Source: Eubacteriales bacterium
Lineage (GTDB): Bacteria > Bacillota > Clostridia > Oscillospirales > CAG-382
DNA length: 58,544 nucleotides
Reading direction: 5' to 3'
NCBI GenBank assembly: GCA_045578045.1
Contig: JAZNJM010000041.1
Coordinates: 1-58,544, forward strand
Below are positions 16,933 through 27,083 of the stretch, piece after piece. Positions within the stretch are counted from its first letter, which is position 1. Each line of letters begins with the position of its first letter. Both the position numbers and the translations under genes were made by a program. The notes below the pieces were generated by a model. It made no database searches. It worked only from the letters and a program-made list of their open reading frames with translations, and was not told the origin of the DNA.

Positions 16933-19304
16933 AAAATTTCGAGAAAAGCAAAAAAATTCTTGAATTCAATAAAATACTTCAAAGCGTTGCTGCCCTTGCG
17001 GCAACAGAAGGAGCAAAAAAAGCAATCCTTGAAACTGTTCCAAGCACTGATGAATTTACAGTTCTTAGACTTCAGAAAGAAACAACTGATGCAAAAGAGC
17101 TTTCTGTTCAGAAAGGAAGGCCTCCTTTTGGCGGTGCAAAGGATATAACAGACGCTTTAATCAGAGCTAAAAAAGAAGCAATATTATCACCGAGAGAGCT
17201 TCTTGATATCTCCTATCTGCTTAAAACCGTTTCTGCATTAAAAAGATATTACGGCGGCTCTATTGATGGAAATTCTCTTAACGTATATTTCGTTTCACTT
17301 CTTGAAAATCAATTCCTTGAGAAAAAAATTTCAACTGCAATTATTTCAGAAGAGCTTATTGCTGACGAAGCATCAGACGAATTATACAGAATCAGGAAAG
17401 AAATCAGAAAATGCGAAAACTCAATAAGAGAAACCCTTAATAAATACACAACAGGACAGCGTTCAAAATATTTGCAAGAAAATATAGTAACGATTCGAAG
17501 CGGAAGATACGTTGTTCCCGTTAAAGCAGAGCATAAAAATGAATTTCCGGGTCTTGTTCACGATTCTTCATCATCGGGAGCAACCTTATTTATTGAACCT
17601 ATGGCTGTTGTTGAAGGAAACAACAAATTGAGAGAGCTTTCATCAAAGGAAAAATTTGAGATAGACCGTATTCTTTCTGAGCTTTCAACAGAGGTTGGAC
17701 GTTTTTCAGGTCCATTGTCGATAAACTACAAAGCAATTTGTGATATAGATGCAATTTTTGCCCGTTCTGAATATTCATATCAGCTAAACGCCTCCCCTAT
17801 TGAATTTTCAAACGACAAAAGAATAATAAAGCTCAATAAAGCAAGACACCCTCTTTTGCCCAAAGAAACCGTTGTTCCAACAAGCCTTGAATTTGGTGGA
17901 AAAAAATCCTCTCTCGTTATAACAGGTCCTAATACGGGCGGTAAAACCGTTACACTTAAAACCATCGGCTTAATGGCTCTTATGGCTCAATCGGGACTTC
18001 ATCTTCCCGTAAATTTCGGAACTGTTATGCCAATTTTTGACGCTATTTTCCCTGATATTGGCGATGAACAAAGTATAGAACAATCCCTCTCAACTTTTTC
18101 TTCTCATATGGTAAATATCGTTAATATAATCAACAACTGCGACAACCGTTCCCTTGTTTTGTTTGACGAAATCGGAGCAGGAACGGATCCTGTTGAGGGC
18201 GCTGTCCTTGCTATTGCGGTTCTTGAAGCAATAAAACAAAAAGGTGCAATTCTTGCGGCAACAACACACTATGCTGAATTAAAATTATATGCTCTTGAAA
18301 ATGAGGACGTTCTTAACGCAAGTTGTGAGTTTGACGTTGATTCTTTAAAACCAACGTATAGACTTGTTGTAGGTCTTCCAGGTAAATCAAACGCTTTTGC
18401 AATTTCACAAAGGCTTGGTATGCCTGATTTCATTATTGAACGAGCAAAATCAATAATGAAAGAAGAAAATTCAAAATTTGAAGATGCAATAAGAAAACTG
18501 GAAGAAACAGAAAGCTCCCTCGAAAAAGAAAAAACAAAAGCAGAAAAAGCAAAATTAGAAGCTGAAAAAATGCTTGAAGAAGCAAAAAGAAGATGTTCAG
18601 ACCTTGAAGAAAAAGCAAAAAAAGAGCTTGAGAAAGCAAAAGAAAACGCGGCAAGGATTCTATCTGCCGCAAAATCTTCAAGTGATTTTGTTTATGATGA
18701 ATTGACAAAACTCCAAAAAGAAAAAGATAAAGAAAATCTTAAATCTGCAATGGAAGCCGCAAGAAGCAAAATAAGAACTTCTCTTGGCGTTGCAAGTGAA
18801 CACCTTTCAAGAAAAACCGAAGCTGACGACTCAGAAGAAGAATCAGAAGATATTTCAAGCTTCAAAATTGGAGATACCGTTACAATTAAAGGACTTGATC
18901 AGGTTGTTACAATCCTTGATATAAGCGGAGAAAACGCTATTGTAAAAACGGGAATGGCGAAAACAAAAATCAGCCTTTCAAAATTATCTCACGTTACAAA
19001 CGACCAAAACGCTAACAAAAAAGCTATAAAGGGAATAACTGTTCCCCATAGAAAAGAAGCCCTCAGAAAAGATATTGACCTCAGAGGTCAAACGGGAGAC
19101 GATGCTTGGTTTATGGTTGATAATTATCTTGATGCCGCCGTCTCAGAGGGATATAAAACAGTTACTCTCGTTCACGGAAAAGGAACGGGTGCTTTGAAAG
19201 CTGCTCTTTGGAAATATCTGAAAAACGATAAAAGAATACGTTCTTACCGTCTTGGAAGATATGGCGAAGGCGATACGGGTGTTACTGTTGTTGAATTAAA
19301 ATAA
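16929..19304 (+). CDS. mutS2: Endonuclease MutS2
   Basis: VHDSSSSGATLFIEP, TGPNTGGKT, DEQSIEQSLSTFSSH, TTHY, coiled coil, Smr domain HGKGTG. Confidence 0.96.
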   Translation: MKNFEKSKKILEFNKILQSVAALAATEGAKKAILETVPSTDEFTVLRLQKETTDAKELSVQKGRPPFGGAKDITDALIRAKKEAILSPRELLDISYLLKTVSALKRYYGGSIDGNSLNVYFVSLLENQFLEKKISTAIISEELIADEASDELYRIRKEIRKCENSIRETLNKYTTGQRSKYLQENIVTIRSGRYVVPVKAEHKNEFPGLVHDSSSSGATLFIEPMAVVEGNNKLRELSSKEKFEIDRILSELSTEVGRFSGPLSINYKAICDIDAIFARSEYSYQLNASPIEFSNDKRIIKLNKARHPLLPKETVVPTSLEFGGKKSSLVITGPNTGGKTVTLKTIGLMALMAQSGLHLPVNFGTVMPIFDAIFPDIGDEQSIEQSLSTFSSHMVNIVNIINNCDNRSLVLFDEIGAGTDPVEGAVLAIAVLEAIKQKGAILAATTHYAELKLYALENEDVLNASCEFDVDSLKPTYRLVVGLPGKSNAFAISQRLGMPDFIIERAKSIMKEENSKFEDAIRKLEETESSLEKEKTKAEKAKLEAEKMLEEAKRRCSDLEEKAKKELEKAKENAARILSAAKSSSDFVYDELTKLQKEKDKENLKSAMEAARSKIRTSLGVASEHLSRKTEADDSEEESEDISSFKIGDTVTIKGLDQVVTILDISGENAIVKTGMAKTKISLSKLSHVTNDQNANKKAIKGITVPHRKEALRKDIDLRGQTGDDAWFMVDNYLDAAVSEGYKTVTLVHGKGTGALKAALWKYLKNDKRIRSYRLGRYGEGDTGVTVVELK

Positions 19305-19331
19305 AAATATAAGCAGGATTGAAATACGCAT

Positions 19332-20027
19332 ATGTTTGATAGTCAGATTTTTTATTCCAAAACAAAACTCCTTATAGGAGAAGAAAAAATTGAAAGGCTT
19401 AAAAGCTCAACTGTTATGATATGCGGTCTCGGAGGCGTTGGAGGTTACGTTGCCGAAGCCCTAGTTCGTGTTGGGGTTGGAAAAATTATCTTCATCGATT
19501 CAGATAAAACAGATTCTTCAAATCTGAACAGACAAATTCTTGCAACTGTTGATACAATTGGTATTCCAAAAGCAACATCGGCAGTTAATAGGGCTTTATC
19601 AATTAATCCAAATGGAGAATATATTCCCGTTGAAGCATTTCTGACTCCCGAAAATATTCCGCTTTTTTTGGATAAATATTCCCCAAACTGCGTTGCGGAT
19701 GCTATTGATAACGTTACGGCAAAAATATCCCTTGCCGTTGAATGTCAAAAAAGAAATATACCTCTGATTTCTTCTATGGGAACGGGAAACAAAACAGATC
19801 CTTCAAGATTCAAAGCTGTTGATATTTATAAAACCTCTGTTTGCCCTCTCGCAAGAGCTATGAGAAAGCTACTTAAAGAAAACGGAGTTAAAAAGCTTCA
19901 AGTGGTATACAGCGATGAACCTCCTGTAAAATGTGAAAACGGAGTTGGTACATTATCCTTCGTTCCAGCCGCCGCAGGTCTTATTATCGCTTCTGAGGTT
20001 ACTGAAAATCTTTTAAAATGTTTGTGA
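19332..20027 (+). CDS. tcdA: tRNA threonylcarbamoyladenosine dehydratase (ThiF family)
   Basis: GLGGVGG, SNLNRQ, DAID, SSMGTG, TSVCPLAR, VVYSDE. Confidence 0.88.
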   Translation: MFDSQIFYSKTKLLIGEEKIERLKSSTVMICGLGGVGGYVAEALVRVGVGKIIFIDSDKTDSSNLNRQILATVDTIGIPKATSAVNRALSINPNGEYIPVEAFLTPENIPLFLDKYSPNCVADAIDNVTAKISLAVECQKRNIPLISSMGTGNKTDPSRFKAVDIYKTSVCPLARAMRKLLKENGVKKLQVVYSDEPPVKCENGVGTLSFVPAAAGLIIASEVTENLLKCL

Positions 20028-20044
20028 AAACTCTCAAAAAGCTA

Positions 20045-20073
20045 TTGAAAAAAAGAAAAAAATAATGTATAAT
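20045..20073 (+). promoter_or_regulatory. sigmaA promoter upstream of acpP
   Basis: TTGAAA-17 nt-TATAAT. Confidence 0.6.
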
Positions 20074-20242
20074 TAAAGTTAATTGTTTTGGTTAGTTATT
20101 TTTAGGAAAAATTTATAATTTTGGTTTGTTTTTTAAAAAAAATAATAGTTTACTTTTTAATAATATTTTCCCGATTACTGAAATAATTCAACTCAAAATA
20201 CTTATAACTAAAATTTATTCGTTTCAAGAAAGGAAAACTACA

Positions 20243-20464
20243 ATGTTTGAAGAAATTAAAGGCATAATTGCAAAACAACTCAGAATCAAAAAAGAAGATA
20301 TTAAAAATTCAGACCGTCTTATCGAAGACCTTGGAGCAGATTCCCTTGAGCTTGCCGAGGTTCTTATGACAATAGAAGAAAAACACGGAATTTTTATTCC
20401 CGATGAAGATATTTCAAAAATTAAAACAGTTCAAGACATTGCCGATTACATTGAAAAAATGTAA
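20243..20464 (+). CDS. acpP: Acyl carrier protein
   Basis: DLGADSLE phosphopantetheine site, KIKTVQDI; GAAAGGA RBS before ATG 20243. Confidence 0.92.
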   Translation: MFEEIKGIIAKQLRIKKEDIKNSDRLIEDLGADSLELAEVLMTIEEKHGIFIPDEDISKIKTVQDIADYIEKM

Positions 20465-20546
20465 TTATCTTTACAACGTATCATTCCGTATATAAAGCTA
20501 TAAAAAATATATTTTAAATATTATAAATTAAGGATGGTATTTCGAA

Positions 20547-21683
20547 ATGAAATGTTTAAAAGGCGCAAAAGTAATTTTAAAAGATCGCGTTGCGGATAAC
20601 CTTAACGTTTATTTTGATGAAAAAATCAGAGAAATTTCAACAAAACAGCCTGATGATTCTTGCGAAATAATTGAATGTAACGGACTATATCTTTCTCCAG
20701 GTTTTATTGACGTTCATACACACGGTTATGCGAATATTGACGTTGCTGATGCTGATTACGAAGGAATTAAAACTATTGCCCACAGACTTCCCGAAAACGG
20801 TATCACTGCATTTTATCCCACTTCATTAACAGCACCAATGGACGAGATTTATAAAATTTTTGAAATTATGAGAAAACTCATTCCCGAAAGTAAATCGTGG
20901 AATGGTGCGGAAATAATGGGATTACACGCGGAAGGTCCGTTTTTAAACGTTAAAAAGAAGGGCGCTCACGAGGCTGATTTGATTATTCCACCTTCTGTTG
21001 AAGCTATTGAGGAATATGCAGACGTTGTTAAATTGATTACTATTGCTCCCGAAATGGACAATAATTTTGAAAACATCAAAAAAATGAAAGAGCTTGGAAT
21101 CGTTGTTTCCTTAGGACACAGTGATGCAGACTTTGAAACTGCCGTTGCTTCCTTTACAGACGGTGGTATTCATCACGTTACTCACCTCTTCAACGCACAA
21201 ACGGGACTTCTTCACAGAGAGCCAGGCGTTGTTGGTGCTGCTCTTGTTTCAGACGTTTATACTGAATTGATATGCGACACGTTCCACGTTAGCAAACATT
21301 TATATCCCCTTATTCATAAAATGAAGGGCGATAAACTTTGTATAGTAACAGACTGTCTCAGAGCAGGCGGTATGCCTGACGGAAGATATATGCTCGGCGG
21401 TCTTGCATTCAATCTTCAAGGCATTAAATGTACTCTTGATAACGGAACGATTGCAGGAAGCGTTTTGAGAATGAACTACGGTGTTAAGAATTATTATGAA
21501 AATTCCGGCTGTACTCTTTGGGAGGCAGTAAACGCCGCTTCTTTGAACCCTGCAAAATCTTTAGGTATAGACAAAGAAAAAGGTTCTATTGAAATTACAA
21601 AAGATGCTGATTTCACATTATTTGACAGCGATTTCTCAATTAAAATGACAATTGTTGGAGGAAAAACTTGCTATGAAGCTTAA
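20547..21683 (+). CDS. nagA: N-acetylglucosamine-6-phosphate deacetylase
   Basis: PGFIDVHTHG, HAEGPF, KKGAH, GHS, THLFNA, IAGS. Confidence 0.95.
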   Translation: MKCLKGAKVILKDRVADNLNVYFDEKIREISTKQPDDSCEIIECNGLYLSPGFIDVHTHGYANIDVADADYEGIKTIAHRLPENGITAFYPTSLTAPMDEIYKIFEIMRKLIPESKSWNGAEIMGLHAEGPFLNVKKKGAHEADLIIPPSVEAIEEYADVVKLITIAPEMDNNFENIKKMKELGIVVSLGHSDADFETAVASFTDGGIHHVTHLFNAQTGLLHREPGVVGAALVSDVYTELICDTFHVSKHLYPLIHKMKGDKLCIVTDCLRAGGMPDGRYMLGGLAFNLQGIKCTLDNGTIAGSVLRMNYGVKNYYENSGCTLWEAVNAASLNPAKSLGIDKEKGSIEITKDADFTLFDSDFSIKMTIVGGKTCYEA

Positions 21684-23028
21684 ACATATTCCAAAATTAG
21701 ATCCTAATTTCAAGCCCCTTTCCGTTCTATTTAGAGAAGCGAAGGAGGTTCCTTCAAAAGAAGTTGTTGTTGCTCTCGAAAGAAACAGAGGTCTCATTTC
21801 TGTTTTCAAGGCAAATATTCCCGAAGGTGATTTTGATACTCGCTATTCCCTTGGTGAGAGACTTGTTAAAACTCTCCTTTGGCTCAAAGGCGGATTCAAA
21901 ATTTACTTTGCCGGTGACGATGAAGTTGGTAACGCCATAAAAGCAGATTATGAAAAGGGCGGAAAACGTGATTTTGACAACAACTTTATGTCTGATATAT
22001 ATCGTTCTGAATTCGAAGTTATCGTTTGTTCAAAAGACGAAATACCCGCTGAAAACGAAGCTCCATCTTCCGTTGGCAGAAATCTTGACGGATGCAGAAT
22101 TGGTTTTGATGCTGGTGGAAGCGACAGAAAAGTAAGCGCAGTTATAGACGGAAAAGCAGTTTATTCCGAAGAAGTTGTTTGGTTTCCTAAACTTAACTCT
22201 GATCCTAAATATCACTATAACGGAATTCTTGAAGCGTTTAAAACAGCTGCTTCCAAAATGCCCCGTGTTGACGCTATAGGCGTTAGCTCTGCGGGTATAT
22301 ATATTGATAATCAGATAATGGTTGCTTCCCTCTTCCTCAAAGTTCCAAAGGAAGAATATGACAAGAGCGTTCTCAATATGTATCTTGACGTTGCAAAAGA
22401 AATTGGAGACGTTCCCATTGAAGTTGCAAACGATGGAGACGTTACAGCTTTAGCGGGTGCTATGGAGCTTAACGATACAAACATTCTTGGTATTGCTATG
22501 GGAACGAGCGAAGCCGCAGGTTTTATTGATTCAAAAGGAAATATAACAGGATGGCTTAACGAACTTGCATTCGTTCCCGTTGATGCTAACAAAGATTCTA
22601 TGGTTGACGAATGGTCAGGCGACTATGGATGTGGAGTTAAATATTTTTCTCAGGACGGCGTTATTAAACTCGCTCCAGCGGCTGGAATTGAGTTGGACGA
22701 AAGCCTTTCACCCGCTGAAAAACTTAAAGTTGTTCAGAAACTTATGGCTGAAGGCGATGAGAGAGCAAAAGACGTTTTCGAATCAATTGGTATTTATTTT
22801 GGATATGCTCTTGCATATTACGCAATGTTCTATGATATCAAACACGTTCTTATTATGGGACGAGTTACTTCAGGTGAAGGCGGCGTTCTCATTCTTGAAA
22901 ACGCAAAGAAAGTTCTTAAAGATGAATTCCCCTCACTTTATGAAACAATGAATCTTCATATCCCTGATGAAAATTCAAGACGTGTTGGTCAGTCTGTTGC
23001 AGCGGCAAGTCTTCCTAAAATAAACTAA
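21673..23028 (+). CDS. Atypical ROK family protein (sugar kinase-like)
   Basis: GFDAGGSDRK phosphate-1 motif, NDGDVTALAG, GTSEAAG, NELAF; overlaps the nagA stop. Confidence 0.75.
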   Translation: MKLKHIPKLDPNFKPLSVLFREAKEVPSKEVVVALERNRGLISVFKANIPEGDFDTRYSLGERLVKTLLWLKGGFKIYFAGDDEVGNAIKADYEKGGKRDFDNNFMSDIYRSEFEVIVCSKDEIPAENEAPSSVGRNLDGCRIGFDAGGSDRKVSAVIDGKAVYSEEVVWFPKLNSDPKYHYNGILEAFKTAASKMPRVDAIGVSSAGIYIDNQIMVASLFLKVPKEEYDKSVLNMYLDVAKEIGDVPIEVANDGDVTALAGAMELNDTNILGIAMGTSEAAGFIDSKGNITGWLNELAFVPVDANKDSMVDEWSGDYGCGVKYFSQDGVIKLAPAAGIELDESLSPAEKLKVVQKLMAEGDERAKDVFESIGIYFGYALAYYAMFYDIKHVLIMGRVTSGEGGVLILENAKKVLKDEFPSLYETMNLHIPDENSRRVGQSVAAASLPKIN

Positions 23029-23032
23029 AACT

Positions 23033-23974
23033 ATGAACGGTTTTCCCGAAATTATAGCAATAACAGGTCCGACAGCTTCGGGAAAAAGCAGTATTGCAAT
23101 GGAATTAGCAAAAAGGCTTGGTGGTGAAATTATTTCAGGCGATAGTATGCAAATATATCGCGGAATGGATATTGGAACCGCCAAGCCGACAGCTTCTGAT
23201 ATGAAAGAAGTTAAGCATCATCTTATTGATATGCTTGATATTTCAGAAGCATTTTCCGTTAACGACTATTGCACCATAGCTAAAGAAGCTGTTGAAAAGG
23301 TTTTAAACAGAAATAAACTTCCAATAATATGCGGTGGAACAGGTCAATATATAGAGTGGTTTCTGAGAGGGATTAAATTAACCTCAGTTCCAAGCGATAT
23401 GGAGCTAAGAAAAAAATTAGAAGAAGAATACGACTTATCAGGAGCAGAAGCGTTTCATCAAAGGCTTGTTTCAGTTGATAAAGAAGCCTCCGCTTTAATT
23501 CATCCCAACAATAAAAAAAGAGTTGTTAGAGCTTTAGAAATATTTTATTTGACGGGTAAAAACAAAACTTTTTGGGATAAGGAATCCTTAAAAACTTCTC
23601 CCCCTTTTCAATATAAGATTTTTAATCTTGAACACGACCGTTCAGTTCTATACGAAAGAATAAACAAAAGAGTTGATGTTATGAGAATGCAAGGCTTAAC
23701 AAAAGAAGTTGAAAAGCTATGGAAACTCGGTATTGAAAATACTCCAACAGCATCTCAGGCTATAGGATATAAAGAATTTTTTCCTTTTTTTAAAGGTGAA
23801 ATATCCGAAGATGAGGCGTATGAATCTGTCGCTCAGGGAACGAGGAATTACGCTAAACGTCAAATAACGTTTTTTAAACGCATTGATGAACGAATCAATA
23901 TTTCTCTCATAAACAAAGACTTTTCAGAAGCAATTGAAGAAATTATTTTTAGTTTAAAAAATAACGGGCTATAA
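23033..23974 (+). CDS. miaA: tRNA dimethylallyltransferase
   Basis: GPTASGKS, DSMQIYRGMDIGTAKP, GGTG, AIGYKE, TRNYAKRQ. Confidence 0.97.
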   Translation: MNGFPEIIAITGPTASGKSSIAMELAKRLGGEIISGDSMQIYRGMDIGTAKPTASDMKEVKHHLIDMLDISEAFSVNDYCTIAKEAVEKVLNRNKLPIICGGTGQYIEWFLRGIKLTSVPSDMELRKKLEEEYDLSGAEAFHQRLVSVDKEASALIHPNNKKRVVRALEIFYLTGKNKTFWDKESLKTSPPFQYKIFNLEHDRSVLYERINKRVDVMRMQGLTKEVEKLWKLGIENTPTASQAIGYKEFFPFFKGEISEDEAYESVAQGTRNYAKRQITFFKRIDERINISLINKDFSEAIEEIIFSLKNNGL

Positions 23975-24166
23975 TTAGTATAATTGAATAGCCAACAGAC
24001 CTTATAAAGAGAAAATTAAAACTTTAAACAGACAAGCAAAAAACTTAAAAAGATAATTATAACTTTAATTAAACATAGCAAAAATTTAATCAGAGATATT
24101 GTATAATCACCCACGTAAAAATAAAAAGAAACATTAAAACTTAAATAGATATAGTAAATTTTTAAG

Positions 24167-25429
24167 ATGATTAAAAATATTTTTTTTCAAATAACAAGCA
24201 CTTTAATTGCAATTATCGTTCTTGCTTATCTTGTTTTACACACCTTATCTGGTTTTGAAAATAAAATAGAGATTAAAAACGTTTATTATACAACGATGGA
24301 TTTATCTTTTGATTCAACAGCATACGTTTTTCGTGATGAAGAGGTTTTGTCTTCAAAAAAAGACGGAAGCCCCATATACCTCGCTAAAAACAGTGAAAAG
24401 GTTGAAATTAACAAAAAGGTTGTTTCTCTTTTTGCCGATTCAAATGCATATGAATCAAGTATAAAAATAGGACAGCTTGAAGAAAAAATAGATTATCTTA
24501 AATCTGTTGTTAATATGGCAAAATATTCTAAACCCTCTATCCCTTCCCTTGATAAAAACGTTTACGAGCGAATCGAAAATATATCGATATTTTCATCAAA
24601 GGGAAATCTTAAAGGAGCAATAAGCTCTGCGGAAGAAAGCATCTTTGACCTTGAAGTTAAACATTGTATTTTAAACGGAACAGAACAATATGAAGCCTTA
24701 ATTTCAGAATATGAAAAAGAAATTATATCTCTCAGAAACGATTCAAAACCGAGCGAAACTGTTTCTTCATCTTGTTCGGGATATTTCTATCAGGAAACAG
24801 ACGGATTTGAAAATTTCTTTACATCAAAAGCAATAGAGAACCTTTCCGCTGAATCTTTTGATGAATTAAAAAACCTTAAGGCAGAACCAACTTCAAAAAT
24901 TGGTAAAATTGCAAAAAGTGCTAAATGGTATATAGCATTTGAACTAAAAACCTCAGATGCCATAACTCTTTCGGCAGATAAAAAGTATCCTGTTTATTTC
25001 CCATTATCTGAGAAAAAAATAAATCTTAAAGTTGAAAAAAGAATAGATTCAACTGATGAAAATAAAAAAATAGTTGTTATGTCTTCAACAGATATTTACG
25101 ACAGCTTCAATTTTTCAAGAAAACAATCTATATCGGTTACAGCCGCAACATATTCAGGTCTCGCCTTCCCCGCTTCTGCCGTAACAACGGATTTCGATTC
25201 AACGGGTGCGAAAAAAGCAGGCGTTTACGTTCTTGATGAAACAGTTGTTAAATTCAAAACCTTTGACCATCTTATAGAAAAAAACGGATATATATTATGC
25301 GCTTTTCCTGATTCTACGAATATATCATATATAAGTACGGATAAGGTATCTCTATTTGATGCTGTTATTGTTAAAGGAACAAACCTATATCACAATAAAG
25401 TTATAAAAAACGTTTTAACCGCAAAATAG
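24167..25429 (+). CDS. Membrane-anchored HlyD/membrane-fusion-like hypothetical protein
   Basis: N-terminal TM helix, coiled coil, SGYF..ETDGFE and GLAFP.SA motifs; position upstream of yggS as in other clostridia. Confidence 0.55.
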   Translation: MIKNIFFQITSTLIAIIVLAYLVLHTLSGFENKIEIKNVYYTTMDLSFDSTAYVFRDEEVLSSKKDGSPIYLAKNSEKVEINKKVVSLFADSNAYESSIKIGQLEEKIDYLKSVVNMAKYSKPSIPSLDKNVYERIENISIFSSKGNLKGAISSAEESIFDLEVKHCILNGTEQYEALISEYEKEIISLRNDSKPSETVSSSCSGYFYQETDGFENFFTSKAIENLSAESFDELKNLKAEPTSKIGKIAKSAKWYIAFELKTSDAITLSADKKYPVYFPLSEKKINLKVEKRIDSTDENKKIVVMSSTDIYDSFNFSRKQSISVTAATYSGLAFPASAVTTDFDSTGAKKAGVYVLDETVVKFKTFDHLIEKNGYILCAFPDSTNISYISTDKVSLFDAVIVKGTNLYHNKVIKNVLTAK

Positions 25430-25464
25430 TTTTGCAGAAAATAATCAAAAAGGAGTTTTTCCGT

Positions 25465-26169
25465 ATGTTTGAAAATATTGATATTGAAATAAGAAACAAT
25501 ATTAAAAACAATATTGATGAAATAAAAAAAACAACAGATAACAAAGCAACTCTTCTTTTGGCAACAAAATGTGTTGATGCTGAGAGAATCAACTATGCAA
25601 TTTCGTGCGGAATAACTCATATTGGAGAAAACAGAGTAAACGAGCTTCTTGAAAAATATGATAAAATAAACAGAGAAAAGGTTCAGCTTCATTTTATCGG
25701 TCATCTTCAAAGAAATAAGGTGAAATATATTATTGATAAAGTTGATATGATTCAATCTGTTGATAGCATAAGACTTGCAGAGGTTATTGAAGCTGAATGT
25801 GAAAAAAAGAATATATTTATGCCAATACTTGCCGAAATCAATATTGGATATGAAGATTCAAAATCGGGAATCCTACCCGAAGAAACGGAAGAATTTTTAA
25901 TAAAACTTTCAAAATTTCCACATTTGAAAGTAAAAGGACTTATGTCTATTCCCCCTGCATCTGAAGATAAAGATATTATTATTGAAAATTTTAAAAAAAT
26001 ATATAAAATATACCTTGACATTAAGGCAAAAATGTTAGATAATATAAGTATGGATATTTTGTCCATTGGAATGTCAAACGATTACAAGGAAGCAGTTGAA
26101 TGTGGATCAACAATGGTTCGAGTTGGTTCTCTTGTATTCGGTCAAAGAAATTATAGCGTTAATAAATAA
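25465..26169 (+). CDS. yggS: PLP homeostasis protein YggS/YlmE
   Basis: LATK, GENRV, HFIGHLQRNKVK, QSVDS, LSIGMSNDY, VRVGS; AGGAG RBS before 25465. Confidence 0.95.
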   Translation: MFENIDIEIRNNIKNNIDEIKKTTDNKATLLLATKCVDAERINYAISCGITHIGENRVNELLEKYDKINREKVQLHFIGHLQRNKVKYIIDKVDMIQSVDSIRLAEVIEAECEKKNIFMPILAEINIGYEDSKSGILPEETEEFLIKLSKFPHLKVKGLMSIPPASEDKDIIIENFKKIYKIYLDIKAKMLDNISMDILSIGMSNDYKEAVECGSTMVRVGSLVFGQRNYSVNK

Positions 26170-26203
26170 ATTTTTATAAATGTTTTAAACGGAGGACAAC
26201 GAA

Positions 26204-26707
26204 ATGTCAGAAGAAAAAAAAGGAATCTTCGATAGTTTTAAAAATTTCTTTTCACCAGATCCTGATGATGAAATAGAAAACGAAACAGAAGAAGAAGAAA
26301 ACGAAACAGAAGAAGAAGAAGAAACACCAAAATCAAAAGAATCTTTTAAATCATCTTCATCAAAAAAAGAAACAAAATCTCAAAAAGCAGACGACCTTAA
26401 AAATCTCAACATCAGAATTATTAAACCTGGCGATGATAAAACCGCTGTAACAACAATTCTTGATAGTCTTAAAAATAATCAGGTTGTTGTTGTTAACTTT
26501 GAAGAAACAAGACTTGATGTTCGCAGCTCTTTTGCTGATGCTTTTTTCGGTGCAGCATATGTTTTGAACGCTAAATATTCAAAACTCTCAGAAACTACAT
26601 ACGTTCTTGCACCTAAAAGTGTTTCCGTATCCCCTCTCATTGCTGAAATGACTGGCTCTTCATCTGAAGAAACAAAAGGAACGAAAACATATTTTGGCAG
26701 TTTTTAA
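26204..26707 (+). CDS. sepF: Cell division protein SepF
   Basis: Amphipathic N-terminus, acidic linker, VVVNFE...DAFFGAAYVL...YVLAP core; between yggS and yggT. Confidence 0.8.
   Translation: MSEEKKGIFDSFKNFFSPDPDDEIENETEEEENETEEEEETPKSKESFKSSSSKKETKSQKADDLKNLNIRIIKPGDDKTAVTTILDSLKNNQVVVVNFEETRLDVRSSFADAFFGAAYVLNAKYSKLSETTYVLAPKSVSVSPLIAEMTGSSSEETKGTKTYFGSF
26276..26317 (+). repeat. Exact 21-bp tandem duplication inside sepF (ENETEEE x2)
   Basis: gaaaacgaaacagaagaagaa at 26276-26296 and 26297-26317. Confidence 0.9.
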
Positions 26708-26708
26708 T

Positions 26709-26735
26709 TTTTTGCCGCCAATTTGGCGGCAAAAA
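26709..26735. other. Perfect inverted repeat / stem-loop after sepF
   Basis: TTTTTGCCGCCAA-T-TTGGCGGCAAAAA. Confidence 0.75.
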
Positions 26736-26765
26736 TTACAATAGGGAGATCACACAAAACGATAT

Positions 26766-27032
26766 ATGAAAAATATTCTTTATTTAGTTTCAAACACAGT
26801 TTCATTTTATATTACAATATTGATGTTTTTGCTTTTTATAAGAGCTTTTATGTCTTATTTTGTTCAGGAAACTTCATCTAAGCCTGTTTTGTTTATATAC
26901 AGCGTAACAGAACCTATTGTTTATCCCGTCAGGTCTGTTTTAATGAAAAATGAATTTTTTCAAAGTATTCCAGTTGATTTTTCCATCACAATAACTTTTT
27001 TGATTTTATCTTTTATTAGCTTCTTCTTATAA
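26766..27032 (+). CDS. yggT: YggT/YlmG family membrane protein
   Basis: RAFMSY, VTEPIVYPVR, VDFS motifs; synteny. Confidence 0.85.
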   Translation: MKNILYLVSNTVSFYITILMFLLFIRAFMSYFVQETSSKPVLFIYSVTEPIVYPVRSVLMKNEFFQSIPVDFSITITFLILSFISFFL

Positions 27033-27083
27033 GCTCATACTAACGATAATCAAATATTATTTATATCACTATTGAGGTAATAT

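Noticed and set aside
20126-20242. N-terminal extension of ACP
   Set aside because: AT-rich leader; the strong RBS supports ATG 20243
23975-24166. hfq or an sRNA after miaA
   Set aside because: A-rich spacer with no Hfq-like ORF or convincing structure
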